Below are positions 34,901 through 48,376 of a stretch of DNA of 64,000 bases, piece by piece (positions within the stretch are counted from its first letter, which is position 1; each line of letters begins with the position of its first letter). A program made the translations under genes and the position numbers. Below the pieces are notes generated by a model. The model saw nothing but the letters and a program-made list of their open reading frames with translations, searched no databases and was not told the DNA's origin. Source of the stretch: Macrostomum lignano (Eukaryota); assembly GCA_002269645.1 (NCBI GenBank), contig NIVC01002725.1:82374-146373 (forward strand), given 5' to 3'.

Positions 34901-36777
34901 GCCGCTACCCTCCCTGATGCTTCAGTGCATGCCGCTAGCCTCCCTGATCCTTCAGTGTATGCCGCTAGACTCCCTGATCCTTCAGTGCATGCCGCTACCC
35001 TCCCTGATCCTTCAGTGCATGCCGCTAGACTCCCTGATCCTTCAGTGCATGCCGCTAGCCTCCCTGATCCTTCAGTACATGCGGCTAGACTCCCTGATCC
35101 TTCAGTGCATGCCGCTACCCTCCCTGATGCTTCAGTGCATGCCGCTACCCTCCCTGATGCTTCAGTGCATGCCGCTACCCTCCCTGATCCTTCAGTGCAT
35201 GCCGCTACCCTCCCTGATGCTTCAGTGCATGCCGCTACCCTCCCTGATGCTTCAGTGCATGCCGCTACCCTCCCTGATGCTTCAGTGCATGCCGCTACCC
35301 TCCCTGATGCTTCAGTGCATGCCGCTACCCTCCCTGATGCTTCAGTGCATGCCGCTACACTCCCTGATCCTTCAGTGCATGCCTCTCCGTCTCTGACCCC
35401 TCAGTGCATGCCTAAAATAACCTGCAAGACTATAATAAAAGCTCCAATCAGAATTGATTTTACCTGTAAAGACTTCAAGCAACGATCGTCATCATCGTGC
35501 CGAAATGTCACCTGCCAATCAACGGTGCCTAATCGCAATTTTTTCCTCTTATAGCTGATTAGAGAATCGCGACCAACAGCTATGGTGAATTGCTGTTGCT
35601 GCTGCTGATACAGCTGCTGCGGACTGCTGTTATCTTTGCTTGCAACACTACCAGCAACTGGCAGTATGGTCAAAGAGGAAGAGCTGTCAACACGAAGATT
35701 TGCGTCAAACGTGCAGGGCAGTTGAGAGGCGGCGACCTGTTTTTTTATAAAGGCAAAAGCAAAATGCGATTGGATAAAGCGTGTTCACTGAAAATGTAAA
35801 AAAATTAATCCTGATAACTTTATTTTTGTCAACACTACTACTAGTAGTCAATAAATCAAATTGCCTAATTTTTCTATTCGGCAGTCCTGAAAGAAATAAT
35901 GTTCGTTTAAACATTGAGTAAAAGGCAGGAGTAAAAATATATTCGAATCTTATTATACAATGCCTCGTCATCTTATTAGTTTTTTTAGATATTTTGCGAA
36001 GCTTTGGTATGGATAAATAGATAAACCCAACTACTTCAAGTAGCAAAGAAAGGAACAAAAACCTCACCTTGCCCTCGGGGCACCGTTCAATAGTGATATT
36101 GAACACCGCATTGATGTCCTGCTGTTTGTCATCAACTGAAGGCGGCGGCGGAGGCGAAGACATGCCTAACCGACTGTCCAGACCTTCAACAGATTGAGCT
36201 CGCCTTTCGTTGCTAGAGAACACTTTCTGTTGCTGTTCCATTTGCTGTCTCTGCTCTCCAGCTTTTAGAAGAGCATTCTTGACAACGGGCGTCTGCAGAT
36301 TTGAAGGCGATGTTAAACAGATTTTTCTTTGAAAAAACTTAATTTTACAAAACCTGCCGTACGTATTAAATATGAATCCGTTCAATACGTAAATTACACT
36401 TTACAGTAACAAGTTCAAATACAGATATACAGTTTAATAAACCTAGTTGCAGATAGACAGCTTGCACTAGTTATTGGACACAGTTTAAAAGCTCCATCGC
36501 TCTATCTAAAATTTGTCCTGATAGTACTTTGAAGCTCAGTGCTGATCACCCCCCGAGTTTCGATTCGTTCAACGCATCAAATTATTGCCGAAGTAGTACC
36601 AAGGATAGCAAAAGCTGCTTAGAATAGCAAAAAGCTGCTGCGAAATCTTCAGTTAAAACTAAACAGGCTTGAAAGACGGATGCGACAGTTATTAGTGGAT
36701 AGGTAGATGAGGTAGTGCAGTGTGTATATAGATATCAACGGATATATAAAGATAAATAAGATGGGCAGATAGAAAGT

Positions 36778-36833
<56 letters not shown>

Positions 36834-36854
36834 CAGACAGATAAATAGATAGAT

Positions 36855-36888
<34 letters not shown>

Positions 36889-36950
36889 ATAGATAGATAG
36901 ATAGATAGACAGACAGAGAGACAGACAGACAGACAGACAGATAGACAGAC

Positions 36951-36981
<31 letters not shown>

Positions 36982-37026
36982 TAGAAAGAAAGATAGACAG
37001 ACAGAGAGACAGACAGACAGACAGAT

Positions 37027-37077
<51 letters not shown>

Positions 37078-37078
37078 C

Positions 37079-37133
<55 letters not shown>

Positions 37134-37190
37134 GAGACAGATAAATAGATAGATAGACAAACAGACAGACAGAAAGACAGATAGACAGAC

Positions 37191-37225
<35 letters not shown>

Positions 37226-37318
37226 TAGAAAGAAAGATAGCCAGACAGAGAGACAGACAGACAGACAGACAGATAGAAAGAAAGATAGACAGACAGAGAG
37301 ACAGACAGACAGACAGAT

Positions 37319-37365
<47 letters not shown>

Positions 37366-37394
37366 CAGATAGATAGATAGATAGATAGATAGAC

Positions 37395-37485
<91 letters not shown>

Positions 37486-37530
37486 TAGACAGACAGACAG
37501 ATAGAAAGAAAGATAGATAGACAGATAGAT

Positions 37531-37561
<31 letters not shown>

Positions 37562-37576
37562 CATATAGTCAAATAT

Positions 37577-37645
<69 letters not shown>

Positions 37646-37660
37646 CAGATAGACAGATAG

Positions 37661-37691
<31 letters not shown>

Positions 37692-40600
37692 GAAAGAAAG
37701 ACAGACAGATAGGCAGGTAGTTAGGCAGATAACAGACATATGCATCCAGCATCTAAAAGCTAAAAGCTATTGCATAAGCTACGCAACTTGCCGCATTTGC
37801 TATCGCTCGCGCAGTTTTAATGGAGCTGCGTGCATGCTGCAAAAAACCAGACTGGTCGCCTAATTGATAAACCATCTGATAACAATCAGATAGTTTCTGC
37901 ACTACTAATACTTTCAGTAGATAATAAGTGAAAGCGGCATGCGGCCATTTGAATTAAAATCAAAACAAGAGAATCTGGTTGCAATTTATTGTTATAAGTT
38001 ATTTGAATGCATTAATTATTAATCAGCAACTGTTTCACGGATAAAGTCAGCATATAATGATCAATATTTTTGATCATTTTCTAAAACAAACCTGATCCGC
38101 AGCGGCCCCTCAATGGCGTCAACGTTTGACGTTGTAGGGAATGACGAAAATTTACTAAATTTAGTGTTAGATTTCTGCAACAGCCTACTAACAGTAGACG
38201 GCGTTTGTAGAAAATTTGTTGTCAATTTTTCCGATATGAAGAGGCCGTTCTGCCGAACTATAGTCACCGACTGGGGCTTTAAAGAGTTGAGTTTGAGGGG
38301 ATTTTGGGTCGGTTGTTATGGGCAAGAATTAGATAGATGGTAATGCAAAATGCAAAGAGGAATAAGTTATAATCCATAAGTCTAATGAACAGCACCCTAC
38401 ATAAGCTAGAAATTTTAAAAGCTCGAATTTTCGAATACTGACCTCGGCAGCTTTGAGCTAGCGAAAGTGACCAATACGATTTTAAGACCATGCAAAATTC
38501 CAAGCCCGTAAAAACCAACCCTCAAATTACTATACAACACGTAAAATTTTATATAACTAATGAAGAAAAAGACAAAAAACCTACCGATTCTCCCAGCACA
38601 TTTTTTAATTTTTGCACTTTCGGCGTAGATGCAATACTGTGCTGTTGCTGTCCGTGCTGATAATACTGTCTGTAATGCTGCTGTTGCTGATGCGGCTGCT
38701 TTTTCAATTGGTAGCGATTGGCGGCCACTTCTTGTGAATTGCTTCTCGCGGCTCTGGCTGGCTTGGCCGCTGTAAAAGATGGGTTAAGATTAAAATGATG
38801 GATGGGGATCACAATGACGAATGGGGATCACACTGATGGATGAGGATCACACTGACGGATGGGGATCACAATGATGGATGAGGATCACACTGATGGATGG
38901 GGATCACAATGATGGATGGGGATCACAAAAGATGGATGGGGATCACAATGATGGATGGGGATCACAATGATGGATGGGGATCACAATGATGGATGCACAC
39001 TGATGGATGGGGATCACAATGATGGATGGGGATCACAATGATGGATGAGGATCACACTGACGGATGGGGATCACAATGATGGATGAGGATCACACTGATG
39101 GATGGGGATCACAATGATGGATGGGGATCACAAAAGATGGATGGGGATCACAAAAGATGGATGGGGATCACAATGATGGATGGGGATCACAATGATGGAT
39201 GGGGATCACAATGATGGATGGGATCACTGATGGCTGGGCTTCACACTGATGGATGGGGATCACAATGATGGATGGGGATCACAATGATGGATGGGGATCA
39301 CAATGATGGATGGGGATCACAATGATGGATGGGATCACTGATGGATGGGGTTCACACTGATGGATGGGGATCATAATGGTGGGTGGGGATCACAATAAAA
39401 GATGGGATCACACTGAAGGATGAGGATCACAATGACAGATGGGGTTCACACTGATGTATGGGGATCACAATGACAGATGAAGATCACACTGAGGGATGGG
39501 ATCACACTGAAGGATGGGATCACACTGAAGGATGGGATCACACCAAAGAATGGGATCACACTGAGGGATGGGATCACACTGAAGGATGGGATCACACTGA
39601 AGGATGGGATCACACTGAGGGATGGGATCACACTGAAGGATGGGATCACACTGAAGGATGGGATCACACTAAAGAATGGGATCACACTGAAGTATGGGAT
39701 CACACTAAAGAATGGGATCACACTGAAGGATGGGATCACACTGAAGGATGGGATCACACTGAGGGATGTGATCACACTGAAGGATGGGGATCACACTAAA
39801 GAATGGGATCACACTAAAGAATGGGATCACACTGAGGGATGGGATCACACTGAAGGATGGGATCACACTGAAGGATGGGATCACACCAAAGAATGGGATC
39901 ACACTGAGGGATGGGATCACACTGAAGGATGGGATCACACTGAGGGATGGGATCACACTGAGGGATGGGATCACACTGAAGGATGGGATCACACTGAAGG
40001 ATGGGATCACACTAAAGAATGGGATCACACTGAAGTATGGGATCACACTAAAGAATGGGATCACACTGAAGGATGGGATCACACTGAAGGATGGGATCAC
40101 ACTGAGGGATGGGATCACACTGAAGGATGGGATCACACTGAAGGATGGGATCACACTAAAGAATGGGATCACACTGAAGGATGGGATCACACTGAAGGAT
40201 GGGATCACACTGAGGGATGGGATCACACTGAGGGATGGGATCACACTGAAGGATGGGATCACACTGAGGGATGGGATCACACTGAGGGATGGGATCACAC
40301 TGAAGGATGGGATCACACTGAAGGATGGGATCACACTAAAGAATGGGATCACACTGAAGTATGGGATCACACTAAAGAATGGGATCACACTGAAGGATGG
40401 GATCACACTGAAGGATGGGATCACACTGAGGGATGGGATCACACTGAAGGATGGGATCACACTGAAGGATGGGATCACACTAAAGAATGGGATCACACTG
40501 AAGGATGGGATCACACTGAAGGATGGGATCACACTGAGGGATGGGATCACACTGAAGGATGGGATCACACTAAAGAATGGGATCACACTAAAGAATGGGA

Positions 40601-42452
40601 TCACACTGAGGGATGGGATCACACAGGTTAAAGCTCACCCGACGTCGACGCCGAAGTCGCAACAACGGCGCCCTCCGCTTCAGCGTCGCCGTCCTCATCA
40701 TCATCGTCAATGTCGCCGGGACCGCAGATTGGTGCAGCTGGCGTCGCCTGTAACGGAGTCGAAGATTTCGACAGAGACCTCCTAGGCTGAGTGGCGTAGA
40801 TGCCGCCACCGCTGCTGCTAGACTGCGGCAGCTGCCTCTGCTGCTTCTGATGTCGTCGTTGTCGTTCAGTAGTTGGCGATCCAGACGCCAGCACATCGAC
40901 AATGGGATCCTCGTCGAACTCTCTTATGTACATCGGCGAAGAGATTGGCGACCGTGCGGCCAGTTGGAGCGAGCGCGAACTGCCGGAGATTCGAGCGGCG
41001 CTTAACAGATCCGGACTGCTGGCGTTGGTGCTGGTGAGCACGGGCGAGTAGCCACGCTTGAGCACCACCTTGGGCGAGGGCGTTGCCAGGGCGGCGCGGT
41101 CGGGCGTGTACCGCCGGCCTTTCCGGATGATCCGCGGGCCGGCTTCGTCACCCTCCGCGGCGTCAACCTCAGCGGAGATCGGGTTGTCTTCGACACTGTC
41201 GGTCTGCAGTAATTTTTTTAATTTCAAGATGTACTTTAATAGACTGCTAGGCAGGTATTCTTCCATGTAATGGGAGCTGCGCTCGATTAAAAATCTACAC
41301 GGTGAGTGCTCAATTGAGAATATATGAGAGTGCTCAAATGAGAATATATGAGAGTGCTCAATTGAGAGTCTATGGGAGTGCTCAAATGAGAATATATGAG
41401 AGTGCTCAATTGAGAGTCTATGGGAGTGCTCAAATGAGAATATATGAGAGTGCTCAATTGAGAGTCTATGGGAGTGCTCAATCGAGAGTATATGGGAGTG
41501 CTCAATTGAGAATCTATGAGAGTGCTCAATTGAGAATCTATGGGAGTGCTCAATTGAGAATCTATGGGAGTGCTCAATTGAGAATCTATGAGAGTGCTCA
41601 ATTGAGAGTCTATGGGAGTGCTCAATTGAGAATCTATGAGAGTGCTTTATTGTGAATCTAATGGGAGTGCTCAATTGAGAATCTATGGGAGTGCTCAATT
41701 GAGAATCTATGAGAGTGCTCAATTGAGAATGTATGGGAGTGCTCAATTGAGAATCTATGGGAGTGCTCAATTGAGAATCTTTGAGAGTGCTTAATTATGA
41801 ATCTAATGGGAGTGCTCAATTGAGAATCTATGAGAGTGCTTTATTATGAATCTAATGGGAGTGCTCAATGGAGAATCCATGAGAGTGCTCAATTGAAAAT
41901 CTATGAGTGCTCAATTGAGAATAAATGAGTGCTATGGAAGAATCAATGGGAGAACGACAATAAATCGCAGAGCCATGGCATAGCCTACCTGACCGTCGTC
42001 GACATATTCAACAGAAACTGTGGGAGTGTTGCTAGCCGCAGCTGAACCTCTGCGGCGCGAGTGCTTACTTCTACGAGCTGTCGATGAGGCCGAAATCGAA
42101 CCAGACGACGCCATGTCGTAGCAGGATCTGCTCATCGCCAAGGAGCCGGTTGAGGAGCTGGAAATGCCAACCCCAGCACTGCCGTTGCTGGCGCCGCTAT
42201 CGAAATCTGTTGGTCCTGTCAGCAGTGTGAAAGCGATGCTGCCCTGGCTGCAATGGTTGAGGAATTGCGACGAATTCGAAATTAGATTGGGACATGCTTT
42301 GTGAATAATTACCATGCGATAATGACGAATCGTGTTTTTAGTAGTGAGAATTTTTAACGATTGGCGCCTGCTCTTTATGGGACTTTACATCTGTCTGTCT
42401 GACTGTTTGCCTGCCTGCCTACCTACCTATCTGTCTATATATCTATTTACGT

Positions 42453-42531
<79 letters not shown>

Positions 42532-43959
42532 CAGATCAGTAGATACAGTAGCGCATGCTTGCACTGCAGCAGCAGCAGGAGCACATGATGCCGTGAATTT
42601 GGACGCGATGCAAAGCAACATGCAGAGGGCAGATGCGAAAGAAAACGACCCATAAAAGCATACACAAATTGTATGGAAACCCCAGCCTTCTGTGGGAACC
42701 AAAAGTGACTGTCTTCACTGCATCAGTAGAAATCTACTCGAGTATTTCTAGAAACAATTAATCATCGATCAATGTCGAAGCAAAGCGTATCTAGAAGAGA
42801 TAGAAGCTAGAAGACAAGCCACAAAAGCAGGCAAACAAAACGGCAGTAGCAAACCAAAATCATGCTAAACCGCAGGCGTATAGAAAGAGCTTAGATTAGT
42901 GTTTTTCTCTCACTCAGCATTCTAGTTCTAATCGGTCGCATACTCAAAACTTGCCTATGTAGCTCTGAGGCCTGTGTACAGTTCGGGTGCAGACCCTGTT
43001 TCCCATTTACAGTTTGCTACAAGGAAAAAAGTCTGTCATGACTTTGAGAAAAAGCACAGACAGAGACAGACACCCACACGCGCAAACAGATAGTTTAGAT
43101 AGATAGCGATTCGACTTTCAGTCAAGGAGTTCTAACCATAGCAACTGGGGCGGGACAGAGTTACTATGCATACGTATAGATAATAGAGCACTGCATTACC
43201 AGCAACATTTAGATAAACCGGATGCAATTATAACGTCATTAGTCACAAAGTTGGGCATTAAAATTATTGGCATCAGTAGTATCTCATTGACATTGAACTT
43301 TCATGCAGCAATTATATCGTCTATGATAATTACAGCTCCCATGCATATTGTCTATATACGTCAGATCCCTTACCAACCTAGAGAGTTTTGTTGTTGAAAT
43401 TGTTGCTTCTGTTGAATATTCGTTTCTACCAGAGATAAAAATTATATGGTTGTACTTTGTAGAAACGTAGTAGTAGTAGTATTGCTTTTGTCAGCCTAAC
43501 TGAGAATAAAGCCACCCAAAATGAGAATCCTGCCTACGCTGACTGCGAAGGGCCTGGCTGCGTGCACCCTTAGTCTATGGGCCATAGACAATAAAGGACA
43601 AGCAAAGTGATAAAAAGCCATCCAATGTGAGAATCGATTGGTCTATGTGTCGTATTCTTTTATTTTTATACCTTCTGAGCCATATGACTAGCCAATAGCT
43701 TGAACGGAATAACGGAAACAGGAACACACTTTGCTTGTCCTTTATAGTCTATGGCTCATAGACTAGGCTGGACGCAGCTAGGCCCTTCGTATTCAGCGTA
43801 GGCAGGATTCTCACATTGGATGGCTTTTTATCACTTTGCTTATCCATTATAGTCTATGGCCCATAGACTAAGGCTGCACGCAGCCAGGCCCTTCGCAGTC
43901 AGCGTAGGCAGAATTCTCACTTTGGGTGGCTTTATTCTCAGTTAGGCTGACAAAACCTA

Positions 43960-44009
<50 letters not shown>

Positions 44010-45015
44010 TAAAGTGTAGTAGTAAAAATATCAGTAGTAGGATAACATTGACTAAACAGATTAAAATCATTTCAATCACATTTTTCACAATAACGGACAA
44101 AAAACAAGCCTAATGAAAACAGAATAAGAAACATTACCTGCTCTCAAGTACAGCTCGCAGCAGAGTTTCCGTCAGTCTGGCAGGCGAAGTGCCATTAATG
44201 GCGGTGACCAAATCGCCTGCGGCAATGCCAGCACGATCGGCGGGCCCATTTGGCAACACGGACGCTACAGGGACCCTGACATTGTGCGCTGTAGTTGATG
44301 TGTTGTTTGAGCAAGGGATGGCAGTGATGCAAATGAATGGATGTTTATTTTAACAAACCTAAAAATTGGATGCCTGAAGTGTAGATGGAGCTACTATTAA
44401 ATTTAGGTTTTAGTTATGAAGTTTATGGCTTACACACTTCAATCTTGAGAAATAAGGGCGAGAAGCGAGAAGGGACGGGGTTGCAGCCTAGTGGTTAGAG
44501 TATCGGACTCATGGCTGAAAGGTCGGGGGTTTGATTCTCGACCCACTAGGAACAATTTGTGTCCTTGAGCAAGGCACTTAACTCTCTGCATTGCTTCAGT
44601 TCACCCAGCTGTAAAATGGGTGCCAGCATTAGCTGGGGTAATTGAGGCTGTGTGTGGCGACCCCCCAGTCCTTGGACTGAACAGCTATATGCAGCCTTGA
44701 GATGCAAAGCGCAATAGCTGCAGCTGAGCTGTTGGTTGCATATCTGCCCATTAGACAGGTGTAATAAATTATTATTATTTTTATGATTAGTACTCGTATT
44801 ATGGCTTGTAAATGTAGATGCTAGTACCTTTGATACTGTGACATGCAATATCATTATTAAGCCAATATATAAAATATAATGCTATATTAAACAGTTTTTA
44901 AGTTGTTGTTAAAAACATAAGGCTAATTAAACTTACCTTGATTTCTGGCAAGTCCCAGAGAAATTCCATAACTAGCATCAGATGGAGACTTTGTAACAAC
45001 AATAGTTTTCTCCAT
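31984..45015 (-). CDS. ARHGAP21/23-like: PDZ-PH-RhoGAP protein of the ARHGAP21/23 (RhoGAP19D/PAC-1) family, 10 exons, 1163 aa
   Basis: Exons 45015-44937, 44288-44138, 42247-41989, 41203-40639, 38769-38585, 38174-38092, 36326-36068, 35736-35464, 34332-33063, 32351-31984; all GT-AG and in phase; 3492 nt. PDZ: YGISL...VASVLPNGPADRAGIAAGDLVTAING. PH-like region starts IEGPLRIRK. RhoGAP: FGLPL..VPLIVQLCCRVIE..GIYRISGN..LKRFL..LPDPL..NRM..NLAMVFAPSL. Confidence 0.9.
32410..33040. repeat. 24-bp minisatellite with internal palindrome CTCAATTGAG, RhoGAP intron 9
   Basis: CTCCCATAGACTCTCAATTGAGCA units, about 26 copies; reverse complement of the array at 41303-41930. Confidence 0.97.
34420..35390. repeat. 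30-bp minisatellite, about 32 copies, RhoGAP intron 8
   Basis: GCCGCTACCCTCCCTGATCCTTCAGTGCAT units. Confidence 0.98.
36775..37715. repeat. Compound (AGAT)n/(AGAC)n microsatellite
   Basis: Directly visible. Confidence 0.98.
38800..40625. repeat. GGGATCAC-core minisatellite (19-20-bp units grading into 18-bp units), RhoGAP intron 4
   Basis: GGGGATCACAATGATGGAT units, then GGGATCACACTGAAGGAT units with a recurring variant pattern. Confidence 0.97.
41303..41930. repeat. 24-bp minisatellite, inverted partner of 32410-33040, RhoGAP intron 3
   Basis: TGCTCAATTGAGAGTCTATGGGAG units. Confidence 0.97.
42445..42530. repeat. (ATCT)n microsatellite
   Basis: Directly visible. Confidence 0.96.
43480..43962. 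mobile_element. Palindromic MITE of about 480 bp inserted in a (TAG)n tract
   Basis: Left TTTTGTCAGCCTAACTGAGAATAAAGCCACC... mirrors right ...GGTGGCTTTATTCTCAGTTAGGCTGACAAAA over about 150 bp, with an internal duplicated subunit. (TAG)n lies on both flanks, so the TSD is ambiguous. Confidence 0.8.
44477..44785 (+). mobile_element. tRNA-derived SINE with CORE-like domain (copy 2, apparently full length)
   Basis: GGGGTTGCAGCCTAGTGGTTAGAG...GGTTTGATTCTC...GTGTCCTTGAGCAAGGCACTTAACTCTCTG...CTTCAGTTCACCCAGCTGTAAAATGGG, then a tail of about 140 bp ending AATAAATTATTATTATT. Confidence 0.85.
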
Positions 45016-46037
45016 TTGTTACACCAAATAATTGAGTTACATTATAATCCATGCAATTTTGTTGGTTCATTTAAATTGATCAGATATTCAGAGTAACTTG
45101 GACTTTTTAAATAAGCTTAGATATGCTCTTATTAATATTAGACACCTAGTCTTTTAATTTTATATACTTCTATATGGCATTGCTAGATCCATAGCTATTA
45201 GAAAATTAGAAAAAAGAAAGCTATTAGTTAGGGTTCTAATGCTGGAACTCTAGCCATTGTCTATAGTTTTTAAATAAAAGCTTTTTTGATGAAAATTCCT
45301 ATGCACATAGGCTTTTAAATATCTACACTGTGGATATTCTACCAATATATAGCTACACACTTAATGCATATAGCAAATTGCATACTACCTATCTTTGGAA
45401 GATATAGTTTAAAAATGTTAATATAAAAAATGTGCATAATAAAATATCAATGTGCATGGCATGCAATAAAAAGAAAGTCTAGTTGTCAGTGTGCACAATT
45501 GCCTTGCAATCTGCATTACAGTATGCATTTATATATAGGTAGGCTTATATATACATATTGGCTATATTGTTAGTTTAGTTTTACATTTTTAATTGAAAAT
45601 TACATTACATAGTAAAAAGAAAAACCATAAAAGGTCCTTTATAGTTGCAATGCCTCATGGGCCCTATATGTAGAACATAACTATTGGCCATGCACTGCAG
45701 GCAACTTCTGTGGCAGCTAAAAAATGTTCCTGCATGTCTATAAGACTATGGGCCATTGCCTTAAATGGCTATTCACTGTCCATAGTTCAGATGGGAATAT
45801 GTACACCAGGATTTCTCTTTGGGTCTTACCCTTTTTAGCATATATTAAGATATATCCTAGCATATATAACACAGTAGATACATTGTGTCAAATGACAATT
45901 GTTTTGAATTGGCACAGAAACCTAGTATACAAACAAATACAATCCACTTTGGTAATAGCCACTTTGGTAACTGCCATTTTGGTAACAAAAAATAACCACT
46001 TTGGTAATAGCCACTTTGATAACAACCAGTTTAGTAA

Positions 46038-47890
46038 CATACATGCGCAACTTCTGAAATTACGCTGGCCGTGCGACTTAGTTTTCGATAAAAAATGCGA
46101 CTTACCTATGAAAGAGCCAAGCAAAAACTTTAGGTAAACGGCAGGAGTAACTATAACCATATTTTTTAAAGCTAAATGCCTCGCCAGCTAATTAGTGCTG
46201 CGTGCAGATTCCGCGTTTTTATAACAGCTAATCAGTATGTCATCTAGTGGCGGCATGAAGCAATTAGTAAATTGTCAGTACAGTGTAGTGAGCATACTAC
46301 AAAAGTCATGATTCATGAATGTCCAGAAGTAAGTGAAGTGAATACAGTGTGACCTATAGCTCAAGAACGATTTGCTAGACGATTTGGCATGGAAGATGAG
46401 AGCCCTGATTCAGATGGCTCATCAGATGCAGAATACGAATCCAGTAGAGATACAAGCTGTGAAAACCCACAGATTTTTAAACCACTGAATTCTAATTCCC
46501 GGAACTATTTTTGCATAGATTCTAAATTTGAAGTCATGCTCAAACAAAAACTTGTTAACAGTTAGGAAAAAGGCAAAGATGGGAGTAATGCATGTTAAAC
46601 TAAGATTTGAGGCCTTTGCAAATTCTCTCCATTCCTCAATCTTCTCATCCTCTTTTTCTTTTCTCTCTCATCCCTTATCCCTTCTCTCTTTCCTCTCCTC
46701 TCTCCTCTCTTTCCTCTCCTCTCCTATCTCTTCTGTCTCCTCTCTACATTCTTATCTCTCCTCTCGTCTCTCTCCATTCCACTCTACTCTCTCATCTTAT
46801 CTCTCCTCTCTTTTCTACTCTCTCATCTCTCCTCTCTTCACTCTCCTCTCATCTCCTCTTTATCCTCTCTTCTCTCATCTACTCTCTCCTCTTTCCTCTT
46901 TCCTCTCTTCTGATCTCATCCATCATCTTTTCTTTCCTCTTTCCTCTCATCTCCTCTTCTCTCTCATCTCTTTTTCCTCCCTCAGCTTTTCTCTCCTTTT
47001 CTATCTTTTCTCCCATCGCATCGCTCGCCTCTCCTCTGTTTGCTTATCTCTAATCTTCTATTCCCTCTACTTGGAAGTAAGAAAATATGCACATATTTTT
47101 GCTGAAGATAAGAGGAGAGAAGAGGGCATTGAGGAGAAAGGGTAGAGAGAAAGGGGGAGAAGAGAGGAGAGTAAAAATGAGAGGAGAGAGAAGAGGGAAA
47201 AGGGGGAGAGAGAGAGAAGAGGGGAGGCAAGGTAGAGAAGAAGAGAGAGATGAGAGTTGAAGAGACACCAACCTTGCTGGTTAGGAAGTTTCAAAGAACC
47301 CGAGGGGCGAGGGCCAGATAGAGGGGCTTCGCGAGCCGGAGTTTGCCAACCCCTGCTCCAGAGTTTAAGAAATCAATGGGAAACTGTTGACGCGGGCTTC
47401 TGATTTCAAAGATCTTGTCTGTGGTTGAAGGCTTCTATTCTGTTTTTGCTCTCCTGCCACACTTGCACCTACTACCCCCTGATTGCCTCTGATTGTGACT
47501 TACTTCCCTCTTATTGCGACTTAGTTGCTTCTTTTTGCGACTTACCTAATCCTTATGCGACTTACCTAATCCTTTTGCGACTTACCTAACCCTTTTGCGA
47601 CTTACCTGATCCTTTTTGCGACATAGTTTGCTTCTTTTGCGACTTACCTGATTCCTGTTGCGACTTACCAGTACCTGATTATTTTTACAACTTAGTTTGC
47701 TTCTTTTGCGAATTGTTTTTCTTTTGCTTCACGATTTTCCCTGAACTGCCCTTTCTTTCGCTTTCCTCTTGCCTTTCTTGGTTCTTGTGTTTTTCTGTTT
47801 TTGGTTGACTCAATTTTGCGACTTACCCCTGGTCAGCCACGATTTACGGTGGCCAGATCGGCCAGGTCGGCCAGCAGTTGCGCATGTATG
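46038..47890. mobile_element. Non-autonomous DNA transposon with 8-bp TSD (hAT- or P-like)
   Basis: Perfect 15-bp TIR CATACATGCGCAACT / AGTTGCGCATGTATG. Exact TSD TTTAGTAA at 46030-46037 and 47891-47898. GCGACTT subterminal repeats at both ends; interior mostly CT/GA-rich; no transposase. Confidence 0.88.
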
Positions 47891-48376
47891 TTTAGTAACA
47901 AAGCAGATTTACAATTGTCAGCTTTATATCTTTATGGTAATTACCTTTTGCAACAAATAGTTTAATAATTAAAATCTTGAATATTCTATTACACCATGTA
48001 TAATTTAATTTTCTAGTTGAACTGTATTAGGCCATAATTTGTTTAAATTTGCATGTTAACTTTATGAAAAAATTGAAGGCAAAGAAAATTAAGCAAAGGG
48101 CTAGATAATAAAAATTGAAAATTTGAAGTAATTAATGCAGGGAAAAAATTAGATTCTATAGTCTTAAGTAGTTATGTTAGATAATCTAATGTATATCATA
48201 TTTGATCAATTACAAGATGTCTTAGTGCATGTATCTGAGGTATCTGGAAATTAAAATAGATGTGTAAAAATGCTTTTAAACAATTGTTAAACATATACAG
48301 ATGTGCAGTTTTTTGCATCAATCTAAATCTCTTAAAATGTGCAAGAATATAGGCCTATCTTAAGACTTAAATATTT

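Noticed and set aside
34370-40785. ATLPDPSVHA, HTEGWD and DGITLK repeat ORFs resembling mucin or adhesive proteins
   Set aside because: They lie in RhoGAP introns, antisense to that gene, and simply follow the 30-bp and 18-bp satellite periods.
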